Assembly: GCA_965655095.1 (NCBI GenBank)
Contig: OZ296654.1
Coordinates: 82,894,001 to 82,958,000 of the forward strand
DNA from: Haplodiscus bocki
Taxonomy: Eukaryota
Direction of reading: 5' to 3'
DNA length: 64,000 bases
The position numbers and the translations under genes are program-made. Shown here piece after piece: positions 13,407 through 25,800 of this stretch. Numbering within the stretch: position 1 is the first letter of the stretch; every line of letters starts with the position of its first letter. The notes beneath the pieces were generated by a model. It was not told where the DNA came from, made no database searches, and saw nothing but the letters and a program-made list of their open reading frames with translations.

Positions 13407-14982
13407 CTGGTAAAGAAACAAAACTTTCAAAGATCAAACATCTTTCAAGTGTCGTATCTTTAAGGGTCGGCTCTTTTTTTGAAAAAAGTGCCCCACCGGT
13501 AGACTTTTTTTGTCATCGATGAAATTCTAAATTTTAATTGTATATTCTTTGCCTGGAACATCTAGATCATTTTCCCGAGCCAGAAGGAGCCCAAGAGAGA
13601 ATTATAAATGCAATCTCCCACTGAAAACTATGAACGAGAGAAAACCAACCTGAAAAAGACCTGAATAATCAGTGAGAAATGGCATCTTTGAAAAAAAACA
13701 CGTTAATTTCTTATCTATCAATTTTCCATGAAAAAAAAACACAAAAAGTGAAAGAAATTCTCATAACAAACCTTTTCCTTTTTCGGGTCCATTTCTTCAT
13801 TTATCGACATGACCTAACAATCGTTGAGAAAAAATTATCTGTATAAGTGAAAATAGTAGAGAAAAATATAAAAGTGCATAAAAACAAAATAAAATTGAAC
13901 CGTATAAATATGCAAAATATATTTATAATATGAAGCGATATGAAGATTCGGCGACAGTCTTGATACAGAGCAGGTAAAACTTGAAAAAATAAGTCTGGGC
14001 AATAATTTTAAAAGGAAAACAGTGCGTCAATATAGTGTAATCAATTAATATAAGTCTATGTACATATATGATAAATGTACAGACTTAAATATTTGTACGT
14101 ATATACTTGAGCAGATCTATATGCGGCTTTATAAACACAGCTTTCTAACAAGGCTTTGTTATATACAGATGGTAAGTTGATGGAGTGAGTGAAAAACTTC
14201 AAGAACAAACTTGCAACTTTAATCACCAGTCGTTTTGTTTGACGTCATCATTTGACCAATCAAGTCGCTCCAGATGTGCGTTTGTGAAGCGAACCTCGTT
14301 CTCGAATGAAGTAGATGCTAGCTCGAAAGATTTTGCCGTTTATGACAATCAACTTATCGCGAATTTTCAACTTCGTCACACCATGCCAAAACTTGAGTAG
14401 TCATCTGTTGTCCTAAGGTTTTCGTTACAGCTATTATCATAGAAGAGCTTTCTAAAGGCCCATACATTGCTTGACAAGTTGAAATCTAACGAATCAACAA
14501 CTAATTTTATGCAATCAATTATTTGGTTCGCTCAAACAAGTTTTTTTTCACTAGCTCAGAAGCGCGGGGGTTGGTCAAGCGAATATGATAAATACAGCCA
14601 GTCTAGAATTTGTTTACATGCAACAACAAGCCTGAATCAACCACAGACGAACTATCCCTCAGACTTGAGCTATGAAAACATTCCACTCAGTTCACTGTGT
14701 TCTCAACATTGGCGTTAAAATGCAAGGGGCACTAATGTGAATCAGGATTGCTATTGTGACGTCTCACACCAGGGGAAAGGCTCAAGAACTTTAACATTGC
14801 TCAACCGCTAAATTTCACTCTAAACCATAACCAAACAGGTCTCGCTTATTTTCTACATGAGAAGACCATCGGCATATTTTCGATTCTCCAGATTTGTTAA
14901 GAGTCGAAGCTGTGACTCGCAACACTTGCGTCAACGGACCACTAGTTAATTCGCATTATATTTAACATGAAATTGCCAATTC

Positions 14983-15154
14983 TCGAGAACAAATAGCGCA
15001 GTTGGTAGAGAAAGGAACTCCTGTGCAAAAGCTCTGAGGTATGAGCCTAGGTCCCTCCCTCCTCTTTGGTCAAAAAGTCGAAACTCGTGGGAGTTGAGAA
15101 TAGATCGGAAAAAAATTCGAAGACTGTGTTACAACACTTGCTTGCGCAAGTGTA
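14983..15154 (+). mobile_element. tRNA-derived SINE-like repeat, copy A
   Basis: A-box-like TAGCGCAGTTGGTAGAG; 3' end GATCGGAAAA..ACAACACTTGCTTGCGCAAGTGTAA shared with 18215-18378 and 536-600. Confidence 0.7.
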
Positions 15155-16983
15155 AAGAAACGTTTTTTAGAAGAAAGAAAAACTTTTACATGCATTCTTT
15201 ATGCAAATTTATTTTTCCGAAGTTGAATTATTTTTTGCAAAAAAACCCCGATATTTGGTTAGCGTGAAAAGTAAGAAATATTACCATTTTACACATCTAC
15301 AGCAAATTTGCCATCTTTTCCAGATTTTACACAGAGGCGAAGCGGAACTTTGCAACATATTCTGGCTTGTAACTTAAGATCAAGGATACTGAAAACCATG
15401 CTCGGAGATGTGTTTGACCCTTTCCATATTACTACACCAGCTGCCAATGAAAAAATTTGTTCGAAAAAGTTGAATTGAGACAAGTACCTTTCAGAGGCGC
15501 TCACACTCTCAAACTTGATATGCCAATCATGTCACGCCATTTTCCTGCCCAATGTTTAGAAAACGAACAAGTACCCGCCAAAAAGAGACCGTCTTCGACC
15601 GATTACACTAGATGGCTAGAGAATCTGATGACTTCATAAAATGCAAGTTTTGAAGAGGATAGAAAATTGGGCATAAGACCCTTTTCAATAAATATTCTTC
15701 CCTTTAGTCAGATTGTGTGAAAACTCTTTTTTAAAAAAACCCAAATTTTGGTACGTAATAAGAAATTGACAATTTCATTCCCATTCCATTCAGCGGTAAA
15801 CTCCCTACAAACTGGTGATTAAAATTTTCCAAATTCAAAATCGTGAAACTAGCAAGTATAGGTTAAACGCACGCGAAAAGTGGACGACTTTCCTTCCATT
15901 TATATGTGCGGAAAACAATAAAGCTCTTTAACCGCTAAGTCGAAAACTCGAGCTGCTGCTGACCAGAGCAATTTGGGAACATAGTTTTCCATTGAGCTTC
16001 TTTATTAAAATACCAATAGGTTTAATGGTCAAGTACTACACATCCTGAACTACAGATCCAGGTTCGGATCCCTGTGAGGTTGCACTTTTTTTTCAGTTGT
16101 CGTCAAGGTTAAGCAGTGACCCCTACTGAACCCAACGTACCTGCCCCTCAAACTTTCCCCTATCTGCAAAATAATTATCCCTAAATATTTAATTGATATT
16201 TTTAAGCAATGATTTCACATTGTAGAGCTGATACGGCCCTTCTCTGGAAAACGATGCTCTAAAATGTTTAGTTGATAAAGATTGTACTGCGTCACAGCAT
16301 GATGATTAAAATTGAGTCGTCAATGTTCTGAACTTCTTCGCCCATCAAAATCATAAGAACTCAGAAACGAGGTTGGAGCATCATATTTTTTGGTCCGCCG
16401 ACCCGGATACGGCTACAATTTCCAGAAACCGATTTGGCCCGTGAAGTTATTCAATACCGGAAGGCGAACACGTTTTTCGTCCAATTTCATCCTCTGGCTG
16501 AGCGAGATTATCATTGCAGACAACACAGTGCAACTTCATCAACTTTTAGATTCAGTGTGACTGTCTCCAGTAACAACCACGGTTGCAACGTTGATCATCT
16601 TCCAGCCATTGAAGGAGAAGTAAAGATGTTCCTTTGAGCAACAACACTGAATTCGCAAACAGTAATTATTCTCACAATTTCCGACAAAAACAAAAATTAC
16701 GGTTTCGAAAAAAATAATTGAAGCTCCGGGTTTCCCTCGAAAAGATACCGCTCGAATTTCCGCCAATTAGCTCTACCAATGCACGAATGTAGGCGGAAAA
16801 ACAACGGATTGCTGAACTTCCCTTTAAATGAAAAATAACTATCCTTTCGAAAAAATAATTGTACTTTGTTTTCCCTCAAAATATCTGGTCTCCTCCAACG
16901 CCCTCTAATATGCTTCGCGAAAACTGTCGAAAAATCGAGCAATTACTATTTTTCTCCATGGTACACAAAATTGTCTTGTTTAC

Positions 16984-17242
16984 AATTTGTATGTCCGATT
17001 GGGTAGGTGAAAAGGTTTTCGAAGCCGCAGGCTGCGGGTTCTAACTCTGCTAAAAACTATATTTCTCATAATTTGTATGGCCTAGTGGGTTAACACAAAA
17101 GGGTTCCGAATCCAAAGGTCCTGTGTTCGAACCCCAGTAAAGGCTATATACTTTACATTTTAAAAGGCAGAGTGGGAAGGACTAAAAGGTTTCGAAGCTA
17201 CATGTCGAGCTTTTAAACCCCAGGGTAGGCTATATTTTGCAC
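16984..17242 (+). repeat. Three tandem ~86-bp degenerate tRNA-like units
   Basis: Units start at ~16984, 17070 and 17156; the middle unit has A-box TGGCCTAGTGG and B-box GTTCGAACC. Confidence 0.65.
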
Positions 17243-18214
17243 TTTGAACCATAATTTATACACTAAACCTACCTTTTTTGGAAAAAAAATTTGTGACATC
17301 CCTGTTCTAAAATCTAACGAATCGACACGTGGCGGGTTCAGTTCCCAGCATAAGCTATGTTTTCTTACCTTTTATACAAAAACTGCCAAAATACAAAATT
17401 TCTGATAAATCAAAATCAACTCCGTCCTATGAGTACTTTGGGCCATACGAGCGCCGCTAACTCTGGCCATTGTTGGCTTGTGAGCGCCGCCAACTCTGGC
17501 TATTGTTGGCTTGTTGTTTTTCGTAAGACGCTCTTCTCACTTCGAACCGACCCACTCTTCGTTAAATTATTAATCCCGTGAATTTAAAGAACAAAATGCT
17601 AACACCACACTCGTTCATCCACTAGAAAACTCTGCAACCATTGGTGGAAAATTGAGGGACCACCGAACTTCTCTTCTGGTATACTTAGTTTTCTGCCAAA
17701 ACAAAACTATGGTTCCGAAGGACTAATTGCAGCACCTTCTTTTCTCTCGAATATCCACCAATTAGGTCTGCCAACGCGTGAATGGTGTTGGAAAAACGAG
17801 TGGCGGATAATCGAGAGACTACGAAGCCGATTTTCTAATCTGGTACATCCAAAAAAACGGTTTCTCAAAAATAATTTTAGTGTCTGGTTTTCCCTCGAAT
17901 TGGCAATTATTTAGTATAATTTGTTTTAGAAAATTTACCCAAAGTAGAAGCTGTGCTTCGCAACATTTGCGTCCACGGAATTGGCTTGTGAACAAATAGA
18001 ACAAGTATAATTATTTTAAAGGGGTCACGGTACTACAAAAATTACTGAGTGAACAGAAATTTAATTAACTCTTATTATTTCCTAATCAAGTAATTCTTAA
18101 CCTTTTGTACAAGCGTAATAAGCAGGAATGGCTATTTACAAGCACTTATATAGAAGTAAGAAACGATATAATATTTCATTCGCTTGATGTTTTCAATGAA
18201 AAAACTGATTCTCA

Positions 18215-18378
18215 TGCGACAATGGCACAGTCAGTAGAGCATGCGACTACGGAGCGAACGGTCCCAGATTAGAGCCTAGGCCGCTCCCTCCTTTTGTCCA
18301 AATCTAGGAGCTTGCGTCAGTTGTGAACGGATCGGAAAAAATTGAAGACTTATATAACACTCGTTTGCGCAAGTGTAA
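18215..18378 (+). mobile_element. tRNA-derived SINE-like repeat, copy B
   Basis: TGGCACAGTCAGTAGAGC head; homologous to copy A along its length. Confidence 0.7.
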
Positions 18379-19642
18379 CGACGACCGGTTTTCAGGAAAT
18401 AATTCTAGAAACTTTCTTGATGATGACCTATTTAATTTTTGAAATCATCAAATCATGTCCCATTTAAGGCTATTTTCTACAATTACACCCTGATTTTATA
18501 TTTGTCACAAGTTATTTAGCTATCTAAAACTGCAATGAATTTGACATTTTTACTGAATACCAGAAGTTTTCAGGACATTTTTTCGACTAAAATACGTTTT
18601 GTTGTGGATTTTTAGAATCAAAGGGAACTGATCTTTAATTGGAGCGGAACTAGCAATCCACGCAACAGGAAATGCCAAGTGTGATGGACGGCTGTAACTG
18701 GGCAAAGAAACATGCGAGCATGAAATATGCAATTTACTCTTTAAAGGACGATACCACAATAACTATAGAAGTTAACTGCTGCTATTGCAGACAAGGAGCA
18801 AATTGAATGCTAATGCTACAGGCTGTAAGAAACAGAGAACACAGTTGTATACAATGCATTTACATGTAGTGCATAAGAGCAGAGTGATAATACTTGTAGA
18901 GGACGACACAACAACGCCAGCCATTCCATTTCTCGCGGGCAGACTTCCTTCCTTCGTTCGTCGAGTAAGAAGGAATAAAGCGAGCGAGCAAGAAGAAAGC
19001 GAAGAGGCCAACGGCCATTAGCAGTCAATTAGTTAGCTGAGCGGAGAACAAGAAATCAGCCCACACCAACAAAGCTAGCAAATTCAAGCACGTCTCTGCT
19101 CCCTTTTACATTTCTGGCTGACTTAATCCCAGAGTTCTCTTCTATTCTGTTCACACTTACTGCTTTAGGAGGATCTTAATTTTTGCTCGGGTTGGCGAGG
19201 CAACCATGCATGTATCTGAGTTCAGAGACTGAGAATGACACCAATAACTTTACATGGACAGGCACAGTATGTATTTAGTATGAGAGGAGCAGGAAATGAA
19301 TGGAAATGGGAAGGAATTGGGAATTGAATTAATATTACTCTGCGGTTCCTATAAGAGTCACCACCATCGTACTATCTGAGCCTTAAAATTGGTAACCCCC
19401 TTAATTTTTTTTCTTAATCCGCGGACTCTCAAAGTCTACGCTTAACCAACCTCAATTGATACAAATGTAGGTAGAACCCCGAGTAATTTTCAAGTTTTGG
19501 ACTAAGAAAGCTGATGAATCTGAAAAAAAATTGAACCCCTCCTTATTAGACCCCCCTCTTAAGTGTCAGCCACATTCAATCAGCCCGCCCTCTAAATATA
19601 AAACCGGCTCTTTATAGGAACCGCAAAGTACGCATTACCTAC

Positions 19643-21211
19643 CTGTTGCTGGTGTTGTCTTCCCCCTATTGTGCTATTGTTCATGTGATGGCTGTTAGCA
19701 TGACCACCCATCACTGAGCTCAAGTTGTTGCTGTTGGAGTTAGAAGCATTCACTACTAATGCTGCCGCTGCAGAGCTAGCAACAGCCGAAATATTTGCAC
19801 CAGCATTCATTAAATCCATAGGAAGTGTCATGCCGAAACAGTTATTGGAGGAGATTGTCCCCGCCTCTGAGGCCGAGCGCAGTAACTGCTGTTGAACATC
19901 CCCGTTGGCAGTTCCTGCAGTGATCTTATTGCTATTATTATCCCTTTCTGCAGCCCCGGCAGGCACTTCTGTGAAGTCGTCTGCATCAGAGCAACTTGAG
20001 ATCCTTCTTGCTTGCTGTACCACTTCCATACTAGCACCAACACCTGCAGTGTATTCACTCGAGCTCATGTTGTTGGCAGCATTTCGCAACTCTGCAGCAC
20101 CACCAGAATTTGATGTCAGCGCCGCTGTCAACACAATTTTGTTATCATTCATTGCTGCCACCACTGCTGATTGTTGAAGAGCTACTAAATCTGCGGCTGT
20201 GATTTGTTCAGCCCCGGTAATCTGTCCACAGTCAACGTTGGATGCGGTCATTGAAGCACCATTTTGACATTGCACTTGTTTCCGACTTTTTTCTTCAATA
20301 CTATTGTTTGCGGGCGCGGTCATCAATTCACTATTACCCGCTGACTCATTGCAATTATTTAAACTAGAACATTGACTGACGTTGTTGTTGGAGAAAGCCA
20401 ACCCTGCAATGTTTGTGCCGGCAGCACCAGCGCAGTTGTTGCCTCCAAGGGCGGCCGCAAATAAAGCGGGGTTCAGCGAGTTCAGCAGTCTTTGTTGAGC
20501 TGCAAATGCCATCATGTAGTCTGTAAGGGCAGCTTGAGTGGCTGCGGCGGCTGCGTTTGGTTGTTGACAAATTTGCGGATGTGCTCCATTGGACCTTGCA
20601 GTTGAACTATTTGGAGCGGCGTTACAGTCTGCTGTCTGGTACAGAGATGACAAATACGGATTGTTGGCAACCATTTGCGGGTTCTGTAACGCCGTCGTAG
20701 CCGTCACTGCCGATGCCGATTGGTTATCATTCTTTTGACTCCCAGTCCCACCATTCTCTGCTGATGACTTTGACGATTGATTTGCACCTGAATTGTTTGC
20801 ACTTGAAGAATTTGAATCATTACTGTTGTCGTTATTACTGGTTAATGAAGGCTTTGAGTTTCCTGAGGAGAACTGACTAGCCATGCTGATGTTATTACTA
20901 CTGTCGTTTCCAGGAATTACAACTGGTCCCGCTCCGGGTGGAACACGTTGGGCAGCGTCTCCCGCAAAAGTCCCACCGTTGGTCATCTGTTGGGGCATAA
21001 CTCCACCCATTGGCAACAAGCTCTGACCCAACGAAGGTGTGGAAGCTGCAGCTGCTAGCAGCGCCGCGGCTAATGCCCCTTGATTAGCGGCTACCATATT
21101 GCCGCCGGCTCCGTTTGATGACGTCATCGGAGTCAGATCACCAAATTGACCTGTAGTTCCTTCGGTTAGAGACTGAGTAACTAGCGCAGTCAAAGCACTT
21201 TGCAGACTAGC
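19643..21211 (-). CDS. pum: Pumilio-family gene, 1569-nt coding exon (N/S/A/Q-rich low complexity)
   Basis: 542-aa open frame; acceptor tttcag|GCT at 21211, donor CAG|GTAGGT at 19643; phase 0-0. Confidence 0.75.
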
Positions 21212-21403
21212 CTGAAACATGGGTGAAATTACGTCACTGATAATTGATGCAAATCAAAATTTCAACAAACGAATGTATAACGTAACTCCATCAACTTTTC
21301 GTGCGACTGAATTTTAATTAGAGATAACAGGTTCAATGCGCGTGGCAATGTTTCAAATTAAGACAGGTACAAAACTTGGGCGACTATGATAGCATTACAA
21401 AAC

Positions 21404-22246
21404 GGTTGCAGGACAAAATACCCAAACCCAAAATACCCAAGGCCAAAATACCCAAAATCCCAAAATACCCAAGATTGAAATAGCCATACTTGTTAAATAA
21501 TTAACAGCGTCTTGACGCTTAAAGTTAAAGAGACGCCTCTAATAACTTAAGTTCAGTGATGTGTTAAAATATGGCTGGTGTCAAAATAAAAGATGCGAGA
21601 CAAAACCGCCAATTTTATAGTGAGACAAAACCGCGGATTTTGAAAACGGGACACAACCGGCGATTTTTCAGAATGAGACAAAAGCGTCTATCTATAATAA
21701 TACAGGTTGCCAGGTCTATCACCAAAAGAAATATCAATGAAACTGAAATACCACTACACAAAAACAACCTACCTTATGTTGGTGTGGTGTCGCAGTTTCT
21801 ATTAGTATAAGGTATTCAAACCATTTTGAAGTTTACAATTTTCCAAAGTACCAAAATTTTTGAAATTTTTCTTGGGGGATCACAATTTTGTCTCACAGTG
21901 TCGGAAATTTTGTGAAGTGAATTACAACTTTGTCTCTAAGTGTCGAAAATTTTCTGGGGTGCCCCCGTGTATACCTAATTTTTTGAATTTCGCGGTTGTT
22001 TTTCTGTTCAAAGTATTTTTCTGTGAATATTTTAACTTGTGGTATTTTATTTTGTCGGCACCAATATTTTAAAACATCAATAAACTTAAATAATTAGTTG
22101 AGTCTGGAAACTTTTCGTTCAAGACGCTAATAAATATTTAATTGGTATGGCTATTTCAATCTGGGGGTATTTTGGGACTTTGGGTATTTTGGCCTTGGGT
22201 ATTTCGGGCCTGGGTACTTTGGGCTTGGGTATTTTGGGGTGGAACC
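21404..22246. mobile_element. Mutator (MULE)-type non-autonomous element (MITE)
   Basis: ~190-bp imperfect TIRs built of CCAAAATACCC repeats; 9-bp TSD TTACAAAAC/ATACAAAAC. Confidence 0.8.
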
Positions 22247-22699
22247 ATACAAAACAAGTATACGGCTTATCAACGTTTCATTCATTTTACTTTCACAGGC
22301 CCGACTATAAAAAGGAAGTAAAGTAAATGCAATGGACGCGAGCTCCAACACCAAAATTCAACTCAAAAATTATAATTCACGAGAAATCCAGTCGTTATGA
22401 CGTCATAAGTATTACCAGTTCCGTCATTATTATCCCCCCATATTTATAATATGGAAGGAAAATTATCCACTCATAGCGATGCGGTTTACATTACGTTTAC
22501 TTGCCAATTGTTCGGGCAGAATGCACAGATTCGAAATTTGAACATTTTTTATCATCAATATGTAGCGAATTTTCCGTAAAATGCGACTAAAATAGTTAGA
22601 TTTCTCAAACACGTACGAAAGTTTTTTTTTGACAAAAAGTTTTTGGAAAAAAACCTGATTTTTTTTCAAAATCGGTAAAGTGGCAAACTTGCAGTAGTA

Positions 22700-22893
22700 T
22701 GCGTATCAAATGATATTATTTTTGACCATGTCTTCCACCTAAAGTGTGGAGTTTTTGCAAAATTTTCAAATTGGGAAAAATTACAAAATTTGATGAAGTA
22801 TTGTTTGAAAAAAAAATGTTTCCATCCTTTTAAAACCCATTTTCAACCAAATTGGTGGACGGAAACTATGCCGCTGGTAGCCGGCCGTCTTGT
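22700..22893 (+). repeat. Interspersed repeat, inverted relative at ~11462-11650
   Basis: End TTGGTGGACGGAAACTATGCCGCTGGTAGCCGGCCGTCTTGTT resembles the reverse complement of AACAAGACACCCGCATACCACCAGAAAACTTTCCGCCCTCCAA. Confidence 0.55.
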
Positions 22894-25800
22894 TATTTTA
22901 ATCAAACAAAAGGTATGATAAATTACAAGAGGCACAGCAGCTTTGCAATACTTTCTGTCAAAGGGACGCAGAAAAAATTGGTAGAACATATATCAACGCA
23001 AATTTGAAAGAAACCCTCTATTTTGCATGGCACGCGGTTTCGAAAGAAGAACGCGGTTTGCAGTTTTACACTTTCAGATTTCATATGCTCTTATTGAAGC
23101 CTGATTTATCGGCATCTATTACCTTTATACAAATAGCTGCCAGTGAAATCTTGGAAGAAACGCAGCTGGTAGTCTTAGAGCGACATGATTTTGAATGTTA
23201 GGACAGCCTAATCCCAATTACACTGATTGCCCCTTTTTAGAACACTTGCGGCCATTCAGTGAAAGGCCAATCAGCAATCTTCGTAAGGGAAATTTTTTTT
23301 CAAAAAAAGAAATCTGTAGATTAAGACCCCCATTAGATGAAATCAAGGCATAAATTTTGAATTTTCAGCGCAAAATCCGGATATCGAGAAAAATTAGTTG
23401 ATTTCTCAGCATTTCAGGCAAAACACGTTAACGATGCAACTAAGAAAGTGATCGATTTTCATTGAAAATCGTTCTATGAATAGAAAGCTGTGGATTGCGA
23501 CCTTTAAGAAAAAATCCAACTAGTAGTTTTGGCGAATACAGAGTTTGAAAACCGCAGAAAAAAATTCAAAATGCTTTTTCTTGGTACCTTCGCCGCATAA
23601 GAAGTCGAATGCAACAAAAAATATAGCCGCCCAAGGCATATAGGACTTCGCAAAATTTTTGGGGAAAACCATATGCCACCTAACTATTACTCCGCTTTCC
23701 TGCGGATCGTGACAAATAACTTCAAAATGGGATTTAGTTTCATGAGTATACTGAAGAACAGAAAAAACATTATTTGCACGCTCTCACCGCAAGAACGATG
23801 GTCTGTATGGTCCCTCTTGTACTCCCACTCAGCTTTGCCGGGATTTCGAAAACTCTTGAAATGTCGCACGATATTCCTTACATCGGACGAAGTCGCAAAT
23901 TTCGTACAGAAAAGCGTAAAAAACAAAAACCGAGTAACACCAAATGTACGTCGTAAAAAAGGCTCTCCTATAAACTGATAAACCGAGTACATCAATCTCC
24001 AAAAAACATTTTGCCAATAAAGTTATCGATTGAGACTTATGGAAGAAATCCAGCCGGTGCCTCTGCCAAAAAATGAGTTTCAATATCGCAAAAATCTATA
24101 CTGATAGCACTTTCGTGCATTTTCGCCCGGCCAGAACTCTAATGCATGGAAAGAAATCAATTTCTCTGTTATTAATCAGCATTCTACTAAAAAAAGAGCC
24201 CACTCAGAGCTCAATGAAAATTATATATTTTATCGGTTGTTTTGAATGAATATCCATTTTAAATATAGAGACAAATCTTCACTATATGAGCTTCTCTGCC
24301 GTAGTGGGATTGCGATGAAATGAACACAATCATTTTTAGCGGTTTAAAAGCACCAGGCTGTCATGTGTGACCTTGATGCAAGAAAGCAAGCCGATAGTTT
24401 TGGACGGTTACGGTTTTCAAATAGAAAATTATTTTTCACTTTTTCTGCATTTCTGGCCTATCACGATTACGATGCGAGGAACAAACTCGATCGCTTCAAT
24501 ATTCACAAGTGTTCTACGAGTAGCAAGAAGTCATATCTTGCTTTCATTCCCAAGTCAAGCCAGTGATTTGGGAGAAATGTTTTTAATAGGGAAAAATCTT
24601 ACTTCATTGCTTTTCTTCTAGATTTCGACTCCTTAGGACGGTGATGCAAAGAACAGAATCGATAGTTTCATTATTCATAAGCGTTCAACAGGAAAATTTT
24701 TTATTGGGACACTGGTGGCAAGAAATCAATCCGGTAGTTTTGAAGGAATACAGTTTTGAATAACGAAAAAATCATTATGTTTCCCTCTCCGACGCCAGGA
24801 AGTCCACGGTCATATTATTCAACAGCGCCCTATCAGTAGAGAGGTGTCGTTAGACATATGAAAGAAAAACCATGCCATTTGTCTGAGACAATCAGTTTTG
24901 AAAATGGAGAAAAATTTACTTAGTCTATATTCTGGCAATTTCGGGCTTTCAGGATTCGTATGCAGGGAACAAAATTGATGACTTTCCAACTCAAAAGCGT
25001 TATCCAAGTGGAAAGATGTCGGTGAAAGAATTGATGGATGGAATCAAGTTGGCAGTTTTTAGAAAAACACTTTCTATTTCACTAAGAAGTCACAATTAAC
25101 TTTTTTACATTCACATGCTATGAGGATTAAACAAGATCTCCCAACAAGAAGTATTTTTATTTGACCTTTGTTCTCAAGGGGTCGAAAAAACCAAAACAGT
25201 AAAAACATGGCGACAATAAGGTGAAAAGTTATGATAGGTTTATTTACAATCATTTTACAAAAAGACTTTTTTTGAACAATAGGATTTTCGTAAGAACTTT
25301 CAGAAACTTTTGAAAAAGAAAGATTTGTTCAAGTTACATACCAAATCGGAACGTTTTTGAAAACAAAAACATTTTATCAAAAGATCTTGAATTTTCTTTT
25401 TTTTCTTTGAAAATAGAAAATTGAATACAAGTAGTATCTGACCGAATTTGACAGCGGATTTAGAAGGATTCCGTACCAATGGGCTACCTGACGGCGTAGC
25501 CAGCACACATACAGCATTATGACGAACCGTGAACAAAATGCTGTAAGAAAGAAATGGAACACCTTACGTTTCGTTGTTCTATAGTCAATGTAAGCAAGTT
25601 AAATTAACACAACCTCTTCTTATTGGTTGTCTGTCAAGATTATTTATGCTAACAATTATGTATACCCCTCTTAAACTATTTTGACAATTCTCATTAAAAT
25701 TCATATTTGCTCATTCAATAAATTAAATTTTCAATTTCTTCCAATATGAGACGATATCTCATCACCTCCCAGGCTTAGCACTAAAATTGAATCTTAGAAA

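Noticed and set aside
17070-17150. Functional tRNA gene
   Set aside because: No convincing acceptor stem; part of a degenerate tandem repeat
18772-19028. Short overlapping ORFs as an extra Pumilio exon
   Set aside because: No phase-compatible splice pair identified and composition is unlike the other exons
21404-22246. Short CCAAAATACCC repeats and the PKYP-repeat ORF as a CRISPR array or protein
   Set aside because: No spacers; the repeats are subterminal parts of MITE TIRs in eukaryotic DNA
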